This document shows, piece after piece, positions 1 to 9,722 of a DNA stretch of 50,674 nt. Origin of the DNA: an uncultured Collinsella sp. (GTDB lineage Bacteria > Actinomycetota > Coriobacteriia > Coriobacteriales > Coriobacteriaceae); NCBI GenBank assembly GCA_902475475.1, contig CABRZY010000001.1, positions 1-50,674 on the forward strand. The letters run 5' to 3'. The notes below the pieces were generated by a model. The model saw nothing but the letters and a program-made list of their open reading frames with translations. It was not told the DNA's origin and did not search any database. Each line of letters opens with the position of its first letter. The first letter of the stretch is position 1. A program made the translations under genes and the position numbers.

Positions 1-1
1 G

Positions 2-844
2 GATTCCATTACCTGGACCAACGGTGGCTCATCGGGGACTCAATATACCTACACCAGAGAGTTTGGTGACGGTATCGCGCCCCAAAGCCTGGAGGGCGCA
101 GTCCATAAGGTTGATCTGTCCGTCGAGGGTAATGGCTATACGCTCGATATCCATGAGATGGCTATTGACCAAAACGGCTGCGGAGCCGTGACGTTTACGT
201 TGTCCAATCCAAATGGCGTTAACTACTACAAGCCGGCAGCAGAGACAGGCGAACTTGTTCTCTATGGTGAAGAAGAACAAGGCATCGGTACGCCCAGCAT
301 GAACTTCGGCGAGGAATGGGCTGATACGCGCTGCACAATTGATAAGGACACATCAAGCGATACTGTCATTAATGGCACGATGTACTTTGCTTCTATGGAT
401 CGCGAGCGAGGTTTTCAACATGCGGTCACCTGGAATATCTCGTGGACCGAGGGCGAAGGCGAGGATGCGAAGCCGTTCGAGGCATCGACGCCCGAGTTTA
501 GCGTTGGAGCGTACGTCGATACAAAGGAACTCCGCTCCGATGACTCGCCTCTCGAGATCAGCCCGTTTTCTATCCAGACACACATCGATGATCTGGGCTA
601 TGAAGCAGTTGATAATAAGCTGACCGTCAGCTACAAGGATGGATCGGAGCAGATTATCGAAGATGACGACGCAGGGGTGTTCAACTTATATTTTTCTTAT
701 GCGCGCAATAGCGGAGAGAACATCTGGGTGCCAACGAAGTTGATCGATGTCGACCAAGTGGTCTCAGTAACGCTTGAGGGCACGAGGTGCACGTCAACAG
801 GAGAGACCGAAACAGAAGTACCCTTTACCATCGTCTATTCGTAA
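2..844 (+). CDS. 5'-truncated acidic extracytoplasmic protein, DUF4179-like (possible anti-sigma-type)
   Basis: The frame is open from base 2 (DSITWTNGG...), so the gene starts before the window. The segment 'SVEGNGYTLDIHEMAIDQNG..VTFTL' resembles DUF4179-type beta domains. A terminator follows. Confidence 0.5.
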   Translation, partial: DSITWTNGGSSGTQYTYTREFGDGIAPQSLEGAVHKVDLSVEGNGYTLDIHEMAIDQNGCGAVTFTLSNPNGVNYYKPAAETGELVLYGEEEQGIGTPSMNFGEEWADTRCTIDKDTSSDTVINGTMYFASMDRERGFQHAVTWNISWTEGEGEDAKPFEASTPEFSVGAYVDTKELRSDDSPLEISPFSIQTHIDDLGYEAVDNKLTVSYKDGSEQIIEDDDAGVFNLYFSYARNSGENIWVPTKLIDVDQVVSVTLEGTRCTSTGETETEVPFTIVYS

Positions 845-849
845 GATTT

Positions 850-884
850 GGGGCCGCTTCCTACTAGGGGAAGCGGCCTCTTTT
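850..884 (+). terminator. Intrinsic terminator
   Basis: GGGGCCGCTTCC/GGAAGCGGCCTC stem plus TTTT just after the stop codon. Confidence 0.8.
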
Positions 885-975
885 GCGGTAAATGGGCGGT
901 TAAAGCGAGCGATTTACTTCCGAAAGCGCCGCCGATTTCCATGCGACAGATGAGAGCAGATTACCGCTGGAGCGC

Positions 976-1027
976 GACGTTTCCCCAGATAAAACCGACC
1001 AAAATAAACCTGTCCCTTTTTGGCAGG
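976..1027. repeat. Dispersed 52-bp REP-like element, copy 1
   Basis: 47/52 identical to 26799-26850 (GACGTTT..CCAGATAAAACC..CCAAAATAAACCTGTCCCTTTT.GGCAGG). Confidence 0.85.
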
Positions 1028-1170
1028 GAACGTTGCCCCAACGAGCACGTCGGATTCCCGGACCGGGCCGCCCGGGCCGGGAATCCGCCCCCGCGCACAG
1101 AAAGGGATTCCTTTTGTGTAGGCTTTGCGGAAATGTGCTCATTTTGGGATACGCCCGGCGGCGTGGTCTG

Positions 1171-1199
1171 TTGACGGCACAGCTAACGCCACGTATCCT
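1171..1199 (+). promoter_or_regulatory. Housekeeping sigma promoter of the str operon
   Basis: TTGACG-N17-TATCCT upstream of rpsL. Confidence 0.65.
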
Positions 1200-1292
1200 A
1201 TCGAACTGCGTGTTTCGTAGGGGGATGCTGACCCCTCGATTCAAGCCGTTGCACTTTACAGAAAGCTGGAATCATTCGAGAAGGAGTACGCT

Positions 1293-1670
1293 TTGCCTAC
1301 TATTAACCAGCTGGTTCGCCAGGGCCGTCGTTCCGTGCCCAAGAAGTCCAAGAACGCTGCTCTGCAGCACAACTCCCAGAAGCGCGGCGTGTGCACCCGC
1401 GTCTTCACCACGAGCCCCAAGAAGCCTAACTCGGCTCTTCGTAAGGTTGCCCGTGTTCGCCTTGTCAACGGCATCGAAGTTACTGCCTACATCCCGGGTG
1501 AGGGCCACAACCTGCAGGAGCACTCCATCGTGCTCGTCCGCGGCGGTCGTGTCCGTGACCTCCCTGGTGTCCGTTATCACGTCATCCGTGGCGCCTACGA
1601 CGCTGCTCCGGTCCAGAACCGTATGCAGGCCCGTTCCAAGTACGGTGCTAAGCGCCCCAAGGCTAAATAA
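1293..1670 (+). CDS. rpsL: 30S ribosomal protein S12
   Basis: [19 protein letters not shown] and [12 protein letters not shown] motifs; TTG start after AAGGAG. Confidence 0.99.
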   Translation: MPTINQLVRQGRRSVPKKSKNAALQHNSQKRGVCTRVFTTSPKKPNSALRKVARVRLVNGIEVTAYIPGEGHNLQEHSIVLVRGGRVRDLPGVRYHVIRGAYDAAPVQNRMQARSKYGAKRPKAK

Positions 1671-1743
1671 GCCAGATAACGTTTTGATACTTTCGCCGTG
1701 TGCCGCCTAAGCGCCGCACGGTAGACACTTAAGGAGATTTCAC

Positions 1744-2217
1744 ATGCCGCGTCGTGCAGCAGCTAATCGTCGTGAGGTTCAGCCTGACGCCGTTTACAAC
1801 AACCGCCTGGTGACTCAGCTCATCAACAAGGTCCTTCTTGACGGCAAGAAGGCCACCGCTGAGCGCATCGTTTACACCGCTTTCGAGATCGTTGCCGAGA
1901 AGTCCGAGGGTGGCGACGCTCTCGCTACCTTCAAGAAGGCTATGGACAACGTCAAGCCCACGCTCGAGGTTAAGCCCAAGCGTGTCGGTGGCGCTACCTA
2001 TCAGGTCCCGATGGAGGTCAACTCCCGTCGTTCCACCGCTCTGGGTATCCGCTGGATCGTCAACTTCTCCCGCGCTCGTAAGGAGAAGACCATGGCCGAG
2101 CGTCTCGCCAACGAGATTCTCGACGCTTCCAACGGCCTGGGCGCTTCCGTCAAGAAGCGTGAGGACGTCTTCAAGATGGCCGAGGCCAACCGCGCGTTCT
2201 CTCACTATCGTTGGTAA
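1744..2217 (+). CDS. rpsG: 30S ribosomal protein S7
   Basis: MPRR...[10 protein letters not shown]...[13 protein letters not shown]. Confidence 0.99.
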   Translation: MPRRAAANRREVQPDAVYNNRLVTQLINKVLLDGKKATAERIVYTAFEIVAEKSEGGDALATFKKAMDNVKPTLEVKPKRVGGATYQVPMEVNSRRSTALGIRWIVNFSRARKEKTMAERLANEILDASNGLGASVKKREDVFKMAEANRAFSHYRW

Positions 2218-2236
2218 GTTAAGGTAAGGAACTAAC

Positions 2237-4336
2237 ATGGCTAAGCCTAAGTACAAGCTTTCCGATACCCGTAACATCGGCATCATGGCCCACATCGATG
2301 CCGGTAAGACCACCACGACCGAGCGTATTCTTTACTACACCGGTAAGACCCACAAGATCGGTGAGGTCCATGAGGGCGCTGCCACCATGGACTGGATGGT
2401 TCAGGAGCAGGAGCGCGGCGTAACCATTACCTCCGCTGCTACCACGTGCTTCTGGAACAAGGACGGTAAGGACTACCGCATCCAGATCATCGACACCCCG
2501 GGCCACGTTGACTTCACCGCCGAGGTCGAGCGCTGCCTGCGCGTCCTCGATGGCGCTGTCGCCGTCTTCGACGCCGTTGCCGGCGTTCAGCCCCAGTCTG
2601 AGACCGTTTGGCGTCAGGCTTCTACCTTCAACGTCCCCCGCATCGCCTTCATCAACAAGTATGACCGCGTGGGCGCTGACTTCTTCAACGCTATCGAGAC
2701 CATGAAGGATCGTCTCGACGCTAACGCCGTGGCCGCTCAGGTTCCGATGGGCGCCGAGGACAACTTCTGGGGCGTCATCGACCTGGTCACCATGACTGCA
2801 TGGGACTTCAAGGCCGACGAGAAGGGTATGACCTACCCCGAGCCGATGGACGAGATCCCGGCTGAGTTCGCCGACATCGCTGCCACCAAGCGCGAGGAGC
2901 TCCTTGACGCTGCTGCCAGCTTTGACGACGAGCTCATGGAGAAGATCCTCATGGAGGAGGACTTCACCGTCGAGGAGCTTAAGGCCGCTCTGCGCAAGGG
3001 CGTTCTGGCCAACGAGCTCAACCTCGTCTTCGTGGGCTCCGCCTACAAGAACAAGGGCGTTCAGGAGCTGCTCGACGCTGTCGTCGACTACCTGCCCAGC
3101 CCGCTCGACGTTGAGGCCGTCACCGGTACCGATCCGGACACCGGCGAGGAGATCCAGCGTCATCCTTCCTTCGACGAGCCCTTCTCCGGCCTGGTCTTCA
3201 AGATCATGACTGACCCGTTCGTCGGTAAGCTCACCTACGTCCGCGTTTACTCCGGCCGCGCCGAGTCCGGCTCCTACGTTGTTAACGCTTCCAACGGTCA
3301 GCGCGAGCGCCTCGGCCGCATCCTCGAGATGAACGCCGCCGAGCGTATCGACCGTGACGACGCTGCCGCCGGCGACATCGTCGCTTGCGTCGGCTTCAAG
3401 AACTCCACCACCGGCGACACCCTGTGCGCCGAGGGCAAGGAGATCGTCCTCGAGAAGATCGAGTTCGCTAAGCCCGTTATCGACGTTGCCATCGAGCCCA
3501 AGACCAAGGCCGAGCAGGACAAGATGTCCCTGGCTCTGACCAAGCTCGCCGAGGAGGACCCGACCTTCCAGGTGTCCACCAACCACGAGACCGGCCAGAC
3601 CATCATCGCCGGCATGGGCGAGCTGCACCTTGAGATCATCGTCGACCGTCTGCTCCGTGAGTTCAAGGTTGACGCTAACGTCGGTAAGCCCCAGGTTGCC
3701 TACCGCGAGACCGCTGGTCACGACGTCGAGAAGGCTGAGGGCAAGTTCGTCCGTCAGTCCGGTGGTCGCGGTCAGTACGGCCACGCTGTCATTAAGCTCG
3801 AGAAGATGGAGGAGGGCTTCGGCTACGAGTTCGTCAACGCTATCGTCGGCGGCGTCGTGCCCAAGGAGTACATCCCGTCCATCGACAAGGGCATCCAGGA
3901 GGCCCTGAACACCGGTGTTATCGCCGGCTTCCCGGTCCTCGACGTTAAGGTCACCCTGTTCGACGGTTCTTACCACGAGGTCGACTCCTCCGAGGCCGCC
4001 TTCAAGATCGCCGGTTCCATGGCTATCAAGGACGCCCTCAAGAAGTCCGATCCGCAGCTGCTCGAGCCGATCATGGCTGTCGAGGTCGAGACCCCCGAGC
4101 AGTACATGGGCGACGTTATGGGCAACCTCTCCGGTCGCCGCGGCAAGATCGAGGGCATGGAGGATCGCAAGAACAGCAAGCTCATCCGTGCCAAGGTGCC
4201 GCTGGGCGAGATGTTCGGTTACGCTACCGACCTTCGCTCCCAGACCCAGGGCCGTGCATCCTACACGATGCAGTTCGACTCTTATGAGCCCGCGCCCAAG
4301 TCCATCGTGGACGAGGTCATGAGCAAGAACGCCTAA
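2237..4336 (+). CDS. fusA: Elongation factor G
   Basis: [19 protein letters not shown] and NKYD GTPase motifs; 699 aa. Confidence 0.99.
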   Translation: MAKPKYKLSDTRNIGIMAHIDAGKTTTTERILYYTGKTHKIGEVHEGAATMDWMVQEQERGVTITSAATTCFWNKDGKDYRIQIIDTPGHVDFTAEVERCLRVLDGAVAVFDAVAGVQPQSETVWRQASTFNVPRIAFINKYDRVGADFFNAIETMKDRLDANAVAAQVPMGAEDNFWGVIDLVTMTAWDFKADEKGMTYPEPMDEIPAEFADIAATKREELLDAAASFDDELMEKILMEEDFTVEELKAALRKGVLANELNLVFVGSAYKNKGVQELLDAVVDYLPSPLDVEAVTGTDPDTGEEIQRHPSFDEPFSGLVFKIMTDPFVGKLTYVRVYSGRAESGSYVVNASNGQRERLGRILEMNAAERIDRDDAAAGDIVACVGFKNSTTGDTLCAEGKEIVLEKIEFAKPVIDVAIEPKTKAEQDKMSLALTKLAEEDPTFQVSTNHETGQTIIAGMGELHLEIIVDRLLREFKVDANVGKPQVAYRETAGHDVEKAEGKFVRQSGGRGQYGHAVIKLEKMEEGFGYEFVNAIVGGVVPKEYIPSIDKGIQEALNTGVIAGFPVLDVKVTLFDGSYHEVDSSEAAFKIAGSMAIKDALKKSDPQLLEPIMAVEVETPEQYMGDVMGNLSGRRGKIEGMEDRKNSKLIRAKVPLGEMFGYATDLRSQTQGRASYTMQFDSYEPAPKSIVDEVMSKNA

Positions 4337-4396
4337 GTTCGAGCTCCCTGTTACGTAATCCGCGAGAACATCTCTCGCACTCTTTGGAGGTTTAAG

Positions 4397-4705
4397 TTGG
4401 CTACCCAGAAGATCCGCATTCGCCTCAAGGGCTATGATCACGAGGTCGTCGATCAGTCCGCGAAGCTCATCGTCGAGACCGCTCAGAAGACCGGCGCTCG
4501 CGTTTCCGGTCCTGTCCCCCTGCCCACCGAGCGCAACCTGTACACGGTTATCCGCTCGCCGCACGTGAACAAGGACTCCCGTGAGCAGTTCGAGATGCGC
4601 ACCCACAAGCGCCTCATCGACATCCTCGACCCCACCTCGGGCACTGTTGATTCGCTCATGCGTCTCGACCTCCCCGCTGGCGTCGACATCGACATCAAGC
4701 TCTAA
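4397..4705 (+). CDS. rpsJ: 30S ribosomal protein S10
   Basis: [32 protein letters not shown] start after GGAGG. Confidence 0.99.
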   Translation: MATQKIRIRLKGYDHEVVDQSAKLIVETAQKTGARVSGPVPLPTERNLYTVIRSPHVNKDSREQFEMRTHKRLIDILDPTSGTVDSLMRLDLPAGVDIDIKL

Positions 4706-4726
4706 GCGATATCGCTCATAGCTTAC

Positions 4727-4767
4727 AGGGCCCCGCTGCCGTTACGGTAGCGGGGCCCTTCTGTTTT
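4727..4767 (+). terminator. Intrinsic terminator after rpsJ (between convergent genes)
   Basis: AGGGCCCCGCTGCCG-tta-CGGTAGCGGGGCCCT plus TCTGTTTT. Confidence 0.85.
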
Positions 4768-4820
4768 GAATGATGGTTTGGACTGCCGGGTAATGCTGCC
4801 GAGTAGGTGGTTGCGGCGCC

Positions 4821-5597
4821 CTATTCGCTCAAGGGACGCAGCGATGCCTCCTCAAAATGGAAGGATCGCAAGTCGTCTTCCGTTTCGATGCACGCGCGAC
4901 CAAAGTCATCGACCGTTTGAAAGATGCCGCGTGCCAGCTCGTCACCGACAGGGGAACGGGCGATAACGGTTTCCCCGATCCAATTGAGGTGAGCGATATA
5001 TTCGTCGTGGACGGGCGCGAGCGGACCGGCGTCTTCTTCCTTGGCGTTGAGGCGCTCTGCCCAGGCATCTACAGCGTCTATAACTGCGTGATAGACCTCA
5101 TCGAGGAGCATGTCGACGGCGGGAACGTTCTTGTTGAGGTCTGACAGGCCGATTGCTGGCAGGCCGCCATCGGGAACCTCCGCGGGCACATAGTTCACGT
5201 TAACGCCGATGCCACAGACCGCAAAGGGGCCGCCGTCAGCGTCGCGTGCGGCCTCGACCAGAATGCCGCCGAGTTTGCGTCCACGCGCGACCAGGTCGTT
5301 GGGCCATTTGAGGCCAATCTCGTTTGCAAGACCCTGTTTTTCGAGTGCCTCGAGCACCGCTAGGCCGCTGACGGCGGCAAGACCAGAGTACTTTGCGGGA
5401 TTAACGCATGGACGCAGGACAATCGAAAGCAATAGGTTGCCGGCGGTTGAGTCCCACTTGTGCCCGCGTCGACCGCGTCCTGCTGTCTGAGCCCGGGCGG
5501 CAAGTCCTGTGCCGTGCGGCGCTCCCTGTTTTCCTGCTTCGAGCAGGTCATCGTTGGTCGATCCGGTTACGTCGACCACTGTTAAACGTAAATCCAT
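4821..5597 (-). CDS. birA: Biotin-[acetyl-CoA carboxylase] ligase without N-terminal HTH (monofunctional)
   Basis: STND, QTAGRGRRG, KWPND and KLGGIL motifs; divergent from the fab/acc operon. Confidence 0.95.
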   Translation of the reverse strand: MDLRLTVVDVTGSTNDDLLEAGKQGAPHGTGLAARAQTAGRGRRGHKWDSTAGNLLLSIVLRPCVNPAKYSGLAAVSGLAVLEALEKQGLANEIGLKWPNDLVARGRKLGGILVEAARDADGGPFAVCGIGVNVNYVPAEVPDGGLPAIGLSDLNKNVPAVDMLLDEVYHAVIDAVDAWAERLNAKEEDAGPLAPVHDEYIAHLNWIGETVIARSPVGDELARGIFQTVDDFGRACIETEDDLRSFHFEEASLRPLSE

Positions 5598-5691
5598 AAC
5601 AGCTGGTACCTCCTAAGGTAATAAGGCAATCGCGTAATGGTGTCGAGAGATAGACACAATGTGAAGCCTTTGTCGCATTTGGACAATTTAA

Positions 5692-5755
5692 TGTTAACAC
5701 GTCAACAACGACTAAAATGCGCTATCCTCTCTTGGTCGATGTAAACACGTCAACA
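5692..5755. promoter_or_regulatory. Two quasi-palindromic operator candidates upstream of fabH
   Basis: TGTTAACACGTCAACA (5692-5707) and TGTAAACACGTCAACA (5740-5755), 48 bp apart, flanking a TATCCT -10-like hexamer. Confidence 0.6.
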
Positions 5756-5773
5756 ACTCAAAGGAGGCTAGTG

Positions 5774-6733
5774 ATGGGTTTCACGATTCTTGGAACAGGC
5801 TCGGCGCTTCCTGAGCGCAGTGTTTCCAATGACGAGCTGTCTGAGTTCCTCGATACCTCGGATGAGTGGATTTTTACCCGCACCGGTATCAAGAGCCGCC
5901 ACGTCTGCACCACCGAGTCACTTGACGACCTTGCCGTAGCGGCGAGCGAGCGGGCACTCCAGGTGTCCGGAATCGACGCGAGCCAGCTGGATCTGATCGT
6001 CTGCTCGACGACGACGGGTGACCACCTTGTTCCCGCTGAGGCGTGTGCCGTTGCTGAGCGACTAGGCGCGACGTGCCCTGCCTTCGATGTCTCGGCGGCT
6101 TGTGCCGGCTTCGTATTTGCGCTCGATGTCGCCGAGGGCTATATCGCCCGCGGTCGCGCCGAGCGCGTGCTTGTCGTTGCGGCCGAGCAGATGACGCGCG
6201 CGCTTGACTGGACAGACCGCGCCACCTGCGTGCTCTTTGGCGATGGGGCAGGCGCCGCTGTGATAGAGGCTGGGGGAGACAACCCCCTTGCCGTTGAGCT
6301 TTCGACGGCGCCCGACGTCGTGACGTTGCGCGTTCCCGGTCTGGTCGGTACGTCGCCGTTTAAGGCCTCCGCAGATAGCGCGAGTGTGCTGTCCATGAAT
6401 GGCCGCCGCGTGTTCAAGTTCGGCGTCAACGCCATCTGCGACACGGTCCATAAGCTTGCGATCGATGCGGGCATTTCGGTCGAAGACATCGATCATTTTG
6501 TATTACATCAGGCTAACGAACGAATCCTGAGCCAGGCGGTCAAGCGTCTGGGCGTGCCGGACGAGCGTGTGGTTCGCACGTTGCGCGAGACCGGCAACAT
6601 TTCGAGCGCATGCATTCCGCTTGCCCTCGACCGGCTGGCAAACGCCGGTGCACTTCACACGGGCGACACGATCGCCTTGGTTGGATTTGGCGCCGGTCTG
6701 GATATAGGTGGCTATCTGCTTCGTTGGAAGTAG
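5774..6733 (+). CDS. fabH: 3-oxoacyl-ACP synthase III
   Basis: AACAGF catalytic Cys, HQAN, GNISSA; AGGAGG RBS (start GTG 5771 or ATG 5774). Confidence 0.96.
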   Translation: MGFTILGTGSALPERSVSNDELSEFLDTSDEWIFTRTGIKSRHVCTTESLDDLAVAASERALQVSGIDASQLDLIVCSTTTGDHLVPAEACAVAERLGATCPAFDVSAACAGFVFALDVAEGYIARGRAERVLVVAAEQMTRALDWTDRATCVLFGDGAGAAVIEAGGDNPLAVELSTAPDVVTLRVPGLVGTSPFKASADSASVLSMNGRRVFKFGVNAICDTVHKLAIDAGISVEDIDHFVLHQANERILSQAVKRLGVPDERVVRTLRETGNISSACIPLALDRLANAGALHTGDTIALVGFGAGLDIGGYLLRWK

Positions 6734-6784
6734 TCGCACATAGGAAATAAAAACGCCCTAGGGCACAACCAAAGGAGAACTACC

Positions 6785-7021
6785 ATGGCAGATCAGAAGA
6801 CCTTCGAGCGCGTTTGCGACGTTATCCGCGAGACCGCTGGTCTTGACGACGTTGAGATGAAGCCCGAGTCCACGCTCGAGGAGATTGGTCTCGACAGCCT
6901 GGGCACCGTCGAGATCCTCGTCGCCGTCGAGGACGAGTTTGGCATCCAGCTCGATACCGAGGAGAACCCCAAGACGGTCGGCGAGTTCGCCGATACGGTC
7001 GAGGCGGCATTGGAGAAGTAG
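6785..7021 (+). CDS. acpP: Acyl carrier protein
   Basis: 78 aa acidic protein with GLDSL phosphopantetheinylation motif. Confidence 0.96.
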   Translation: MADQKTFERVCDVIRETAGLDDVEMKPESTLEEIGLDSLGTVEILVAVEDEFGIQLDTEENPKTVGEFADTVEAALEK

Positions 7022-7023
7022 AG

Positions 7024-7968
7024 ATGCTCAAGACTCCTCTCTGCGATCTGCTCGGCATCGAAAAGCCCGTGTTCCAGGGCGGTATGGCCTGGATTGCCGA
7101 TGCCTCGCTGGCGTCCGCAGTGTCCGAGGCGGGTGGCTTAGGCATCATCGCGGCCATGAACGCCGACGCCAACTGGCTTCGCGACCAGATTCATAAGCTG
7201 CGCGCCAGGACGGATAAGCCCTTTGGCGTCAACGTCATGCTCATGAGCCCGTTCGCCGACGAGGTCGCCCAGGTTGTGATTGACGAGCGAGTACCGGTCG
7301 TCGTGACGGGTGCCGGCAATCCCACCAAGTACATGAAGGCGTGGAACGAGGCGGGCATCAAGGTCATCCCGGTCGTTGCCTCGGTGGCGCTGGCGCGCCT
7401 CGTGGCACGTCGTGGAGCCACGGCGGTTGTTGCCGAGGGTACCGAATCGGGCGGCCATATTGGCGAGACCTCGACGATGGCACTGGTGCCGCAGGTCGTC
7501 GATGCGGTCGACATTCCCGTCGTGGCCGCCGGCGGTATTGCCGACGGCCGCGGCGTGGCGGCTGCCTTTATGCTGGGCGCAGCCGGCGTCCAGGTGGGTA
7601 CGCGCTTTCTCGTTGCGAATGAGTGCACCGTCTCGGAGCAGTACAAAGAGATGGTCCTGAAGGCCAACGACACTTCGACGCGTGCGACCGGTCGCTCGAC
7701 GGGGCATCCAGTGCGCGCCCTCAAGAGCCCCTTCACCAACGCCTATGCCAAGAGCGAGGGTTCCGGTGCGAGTGCCGAGGAGCTCGGTGCTATGGGAACC
7801 GGTGCGCTGCGTAAGGCCGCCAAGGACGGCAACTACGAAGAGGGTTCGTTTTTGTGTGGACAGATTGCCGGCATGGTCAACGAGCGCAAGAGCGCACGCG
7901 AAATCGTTGACGACCTGGTCGATGGCGCCGAGCACGTCCTGAAGGGTGCGTGCGCATGGGTGGCGTAG
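7024..7968 (+). CDS. fabK: Enoyl-ACP reductase II
   Basis: FQGGMAW, EGTESGGHIG, AAGGIADGRG; position in the fab operon. Confidence 0.93.
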   Translation: MLKTPLCDLLGIEKPVFQGGMAWIADASLASAVSEAGGLGIIAAMNADANWLRDQIHKLRARTDKPFGVNVMLMSPFADEVAQVVIDERVPVVVTGAGNPTKYMKAWNEAGIKVIPVVASVALARLVARRGATAVVAEGTESGGHIGETSTMALVPQVVDAVDIPVVAAGGIADGRGVAAAFMLGAAGVQVGTRFLVANECTVSEQYKEMVLKANDTSTRATGRSTGHPVRALKSPFTNAYAKSEGSGASAEELGAMGTGALRKAAKDGNYEEGSFLCGQIAGMVNERKSAREIVDDLVDGAEHVLKGACAWVA

Positions 7969-8882
7969 CGTTTTTGTTTGCCGGCCAGGGTGCCCAGCAC
8001 CCCGCGATGGGCGTCGACTTGATCGAGACATCGCCGGCGGCCGCCGAGGTGTTCGTCATTGCCGATGAGGTGCGCCCGGGGACGAGCGAGCAGTGCCGGA
8101 GCGCCTCCAAGGAGGAGCTCTCGCAGACCGAGAACACGCAGCCTTGCGTGTTCGTGCACGACTTGGCTGTCGCCGTCGCCCTGCGCGAGCGCGGCGTGGT
8201 GCCTGCCGCCTGTGCGGGATTCTCGCTGGGCGAGGTCGCTGCACTCAGCTTTGCGGGGGCATTCGATACGCGAGCGGGTTTTGAGCTCGTGTGTGAGCGC
8301 GCGGCATTGATGGCCACGGCGGCCGAGCGTCACCCTGGCGGCATGCGCGCCGTCATCAAACTTGATGCTGCGCAAGTCGAGAACCTGGCTGCGCAGGCCG
8401 GCGAGGACTGCTGGCCGGTCAACTACAACAGTCCCCAGCAGACGGTTGTGGCCGGAGCGCCCGATGCGCTGCAGACCCTCGACGTCCTAGTAAAAGAGGC
8501 TGGCGGCCGCGCCATGAAGGTCGCGGTGTCGGGTGCATTTCATAGCCCCTATATGGCCGAGGCGACCTGTGGCCTTGCCGCATATATTGAGGCCGGTCAC
8601 GCGCCGTCCCCGTTGCTCATTCCTGTTTTGGCAAATATGACAGCGGCGCCCTATCCGGCGGACCCCCAGACGGCATCGGATGTCTTGGCCAATCAGGTGA
8701 GCAATGCCGTGCGCTGGGTCGATACGCTGCATGCTCTGCAGGATCAAGGCATCGACACATTTATTGAGGTCGGCCCCGGCAAAACGCTGTCCGGCCTGAT
8801 CAAGCGTACGTTGAGCGACGTTCGTGTGTATTCGTGCGAGACGGCCGAGCAGGTCGCAGCTATTGCCGACGAGCTCGCATAG
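7956..8882 (+). CDS. fabD: Malonyl-CoA:ACP transacylase
   Basis: FAGQGAQ, GFSLGE, VSGAFHS, EVGPG. Confidence 0.95.
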   Translation: MGGVAFLFAGQGAQHPAMGVDLIETSPAAAEVFVIADEVRPGTSEQCRSASKEELSQTENTQPCVFVHDLAVAVALRERGVVPAACAGFSLGEVAALSFAGAFDTRAGFELVCERAALMATAAERHPGGMRAVIKLDAAQVENLAAQAGEDCWPVNYNSPQQTVVAGAPDALQTLDVLVKEAGGRAMKVAVSGAFHSPYMAEATCGLAAYIEAGHAPSPLLIPVLANMTAAPYPADPQTASDVLANQVSNAVRWVDTLHALQDQGIDTFIEVGPGKTLSGLIKRTLSDVRVYSCETAEQVAAIADELA

Positions 8883-8912
8883 TCCACAGGGCTGTAACCC
8901 GAAAGGAATGAC

Positions 8913-9686
8913 ATGGGCAACTTGAACAATGGCGCGCTCGAGCGCAACGACTCACGTCGCGTGGCACTGGTCACGGGCGGCTCGCGGGGTATCGGCCGCG
9001 CCTGCGCTATCGGTCTGGCGGAGGATGGCTACGATATCGCCGTCGTCTATGCCGGCAGCGTCGATGCGGCGCGCGAGACGTGCGACGCCTGCGAGGCGGC
9101 TGGCGCCACGGCGCGCTCATATCAATGCGACGTGGCCGACTCCGCTGCCGTCAACGCGTGCGTGGAAGCGGTCCTCAACGACTTTGACTCCATTTGGGCG
9201 CTCGTCAACAACGCTGGCATCACCCGCGACGGCCTGCTCATGCGTATGGGTGACGATGCCTTCGACCGCGTGCTCGATGTCAATCTCAAGGGCACGTTCA
9301 ATACGACGCGCGCACTCACCAAGACCTTTATGCGCCAGCGCGGCGGTTGCGTCATCAACATGAGCTCGGTTGTGGGCCTGATGGGCAATGCCGGGCAGGC
9401 CAACTACGCTGCCTCCAAGGCGGGCGTGATCGGCCTGACCAAGGCGGTGGCGCGCGAGCTTGCGCCCCGCGGTGTACGAGTGAACGCGGTCGCCCCCGGG
9501 TTTGTCGAGACCGATATGACGGCAAAGCTTTCGGAAAAGGTTCGTGCGGCAACCGAGGAGCAGATTCCCCTTAAGCGCATGGCGCGCCCCGAGGAAGTGG
9601 CCGGCGTGGTGCGCTTTTTGGCGAGCGATGCGGCTTCCTACATTACGGGCGAGGTTGTACGCGTTGACGGCGGAATGGCGATGTAG
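8913..9686 (+). CDS. fabG: 3-oxoacyl-ACP reductase
   Basis: TGGSRGIG, NNAGITRD, YAASK SDR motifs. Confidence 0.96.
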   Translation: MGNLNNGALERNDSRRVALVTGGSRGIGRACAIGLAEDGYDIAVVYAGSVDAARETCDACEAAGATARSYQCDVADSAAVNACVEAVLNDFDSIWALVNNAGITRDGLLMRMGDDAFDRVLDVNLKGTFNTTRALTKTFMRQRGGCVINMSSVVGLMGNAGQANYAASKAGVIGLTKAVARELAPRGVRVNAVAPGFVETDMTAKLSEKVRAATEEQIPLKRMARPEEVAGVVRFLASDAASYITGEVVRVDGGMAM

Positions 9687-9722
9687 AAATCAGGGCCGAA
9701 GAACGGCTTGGATGAGGAGACC

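Noticed and set aside
2219..4606. Long antisense ORFs (also 13055-15040, 24478-26220, 31784-34603, 37893-39788)
   Set aside because: Shadow frames of well-supported high-GC genes on the opposite strand, with no recognisable motifs.
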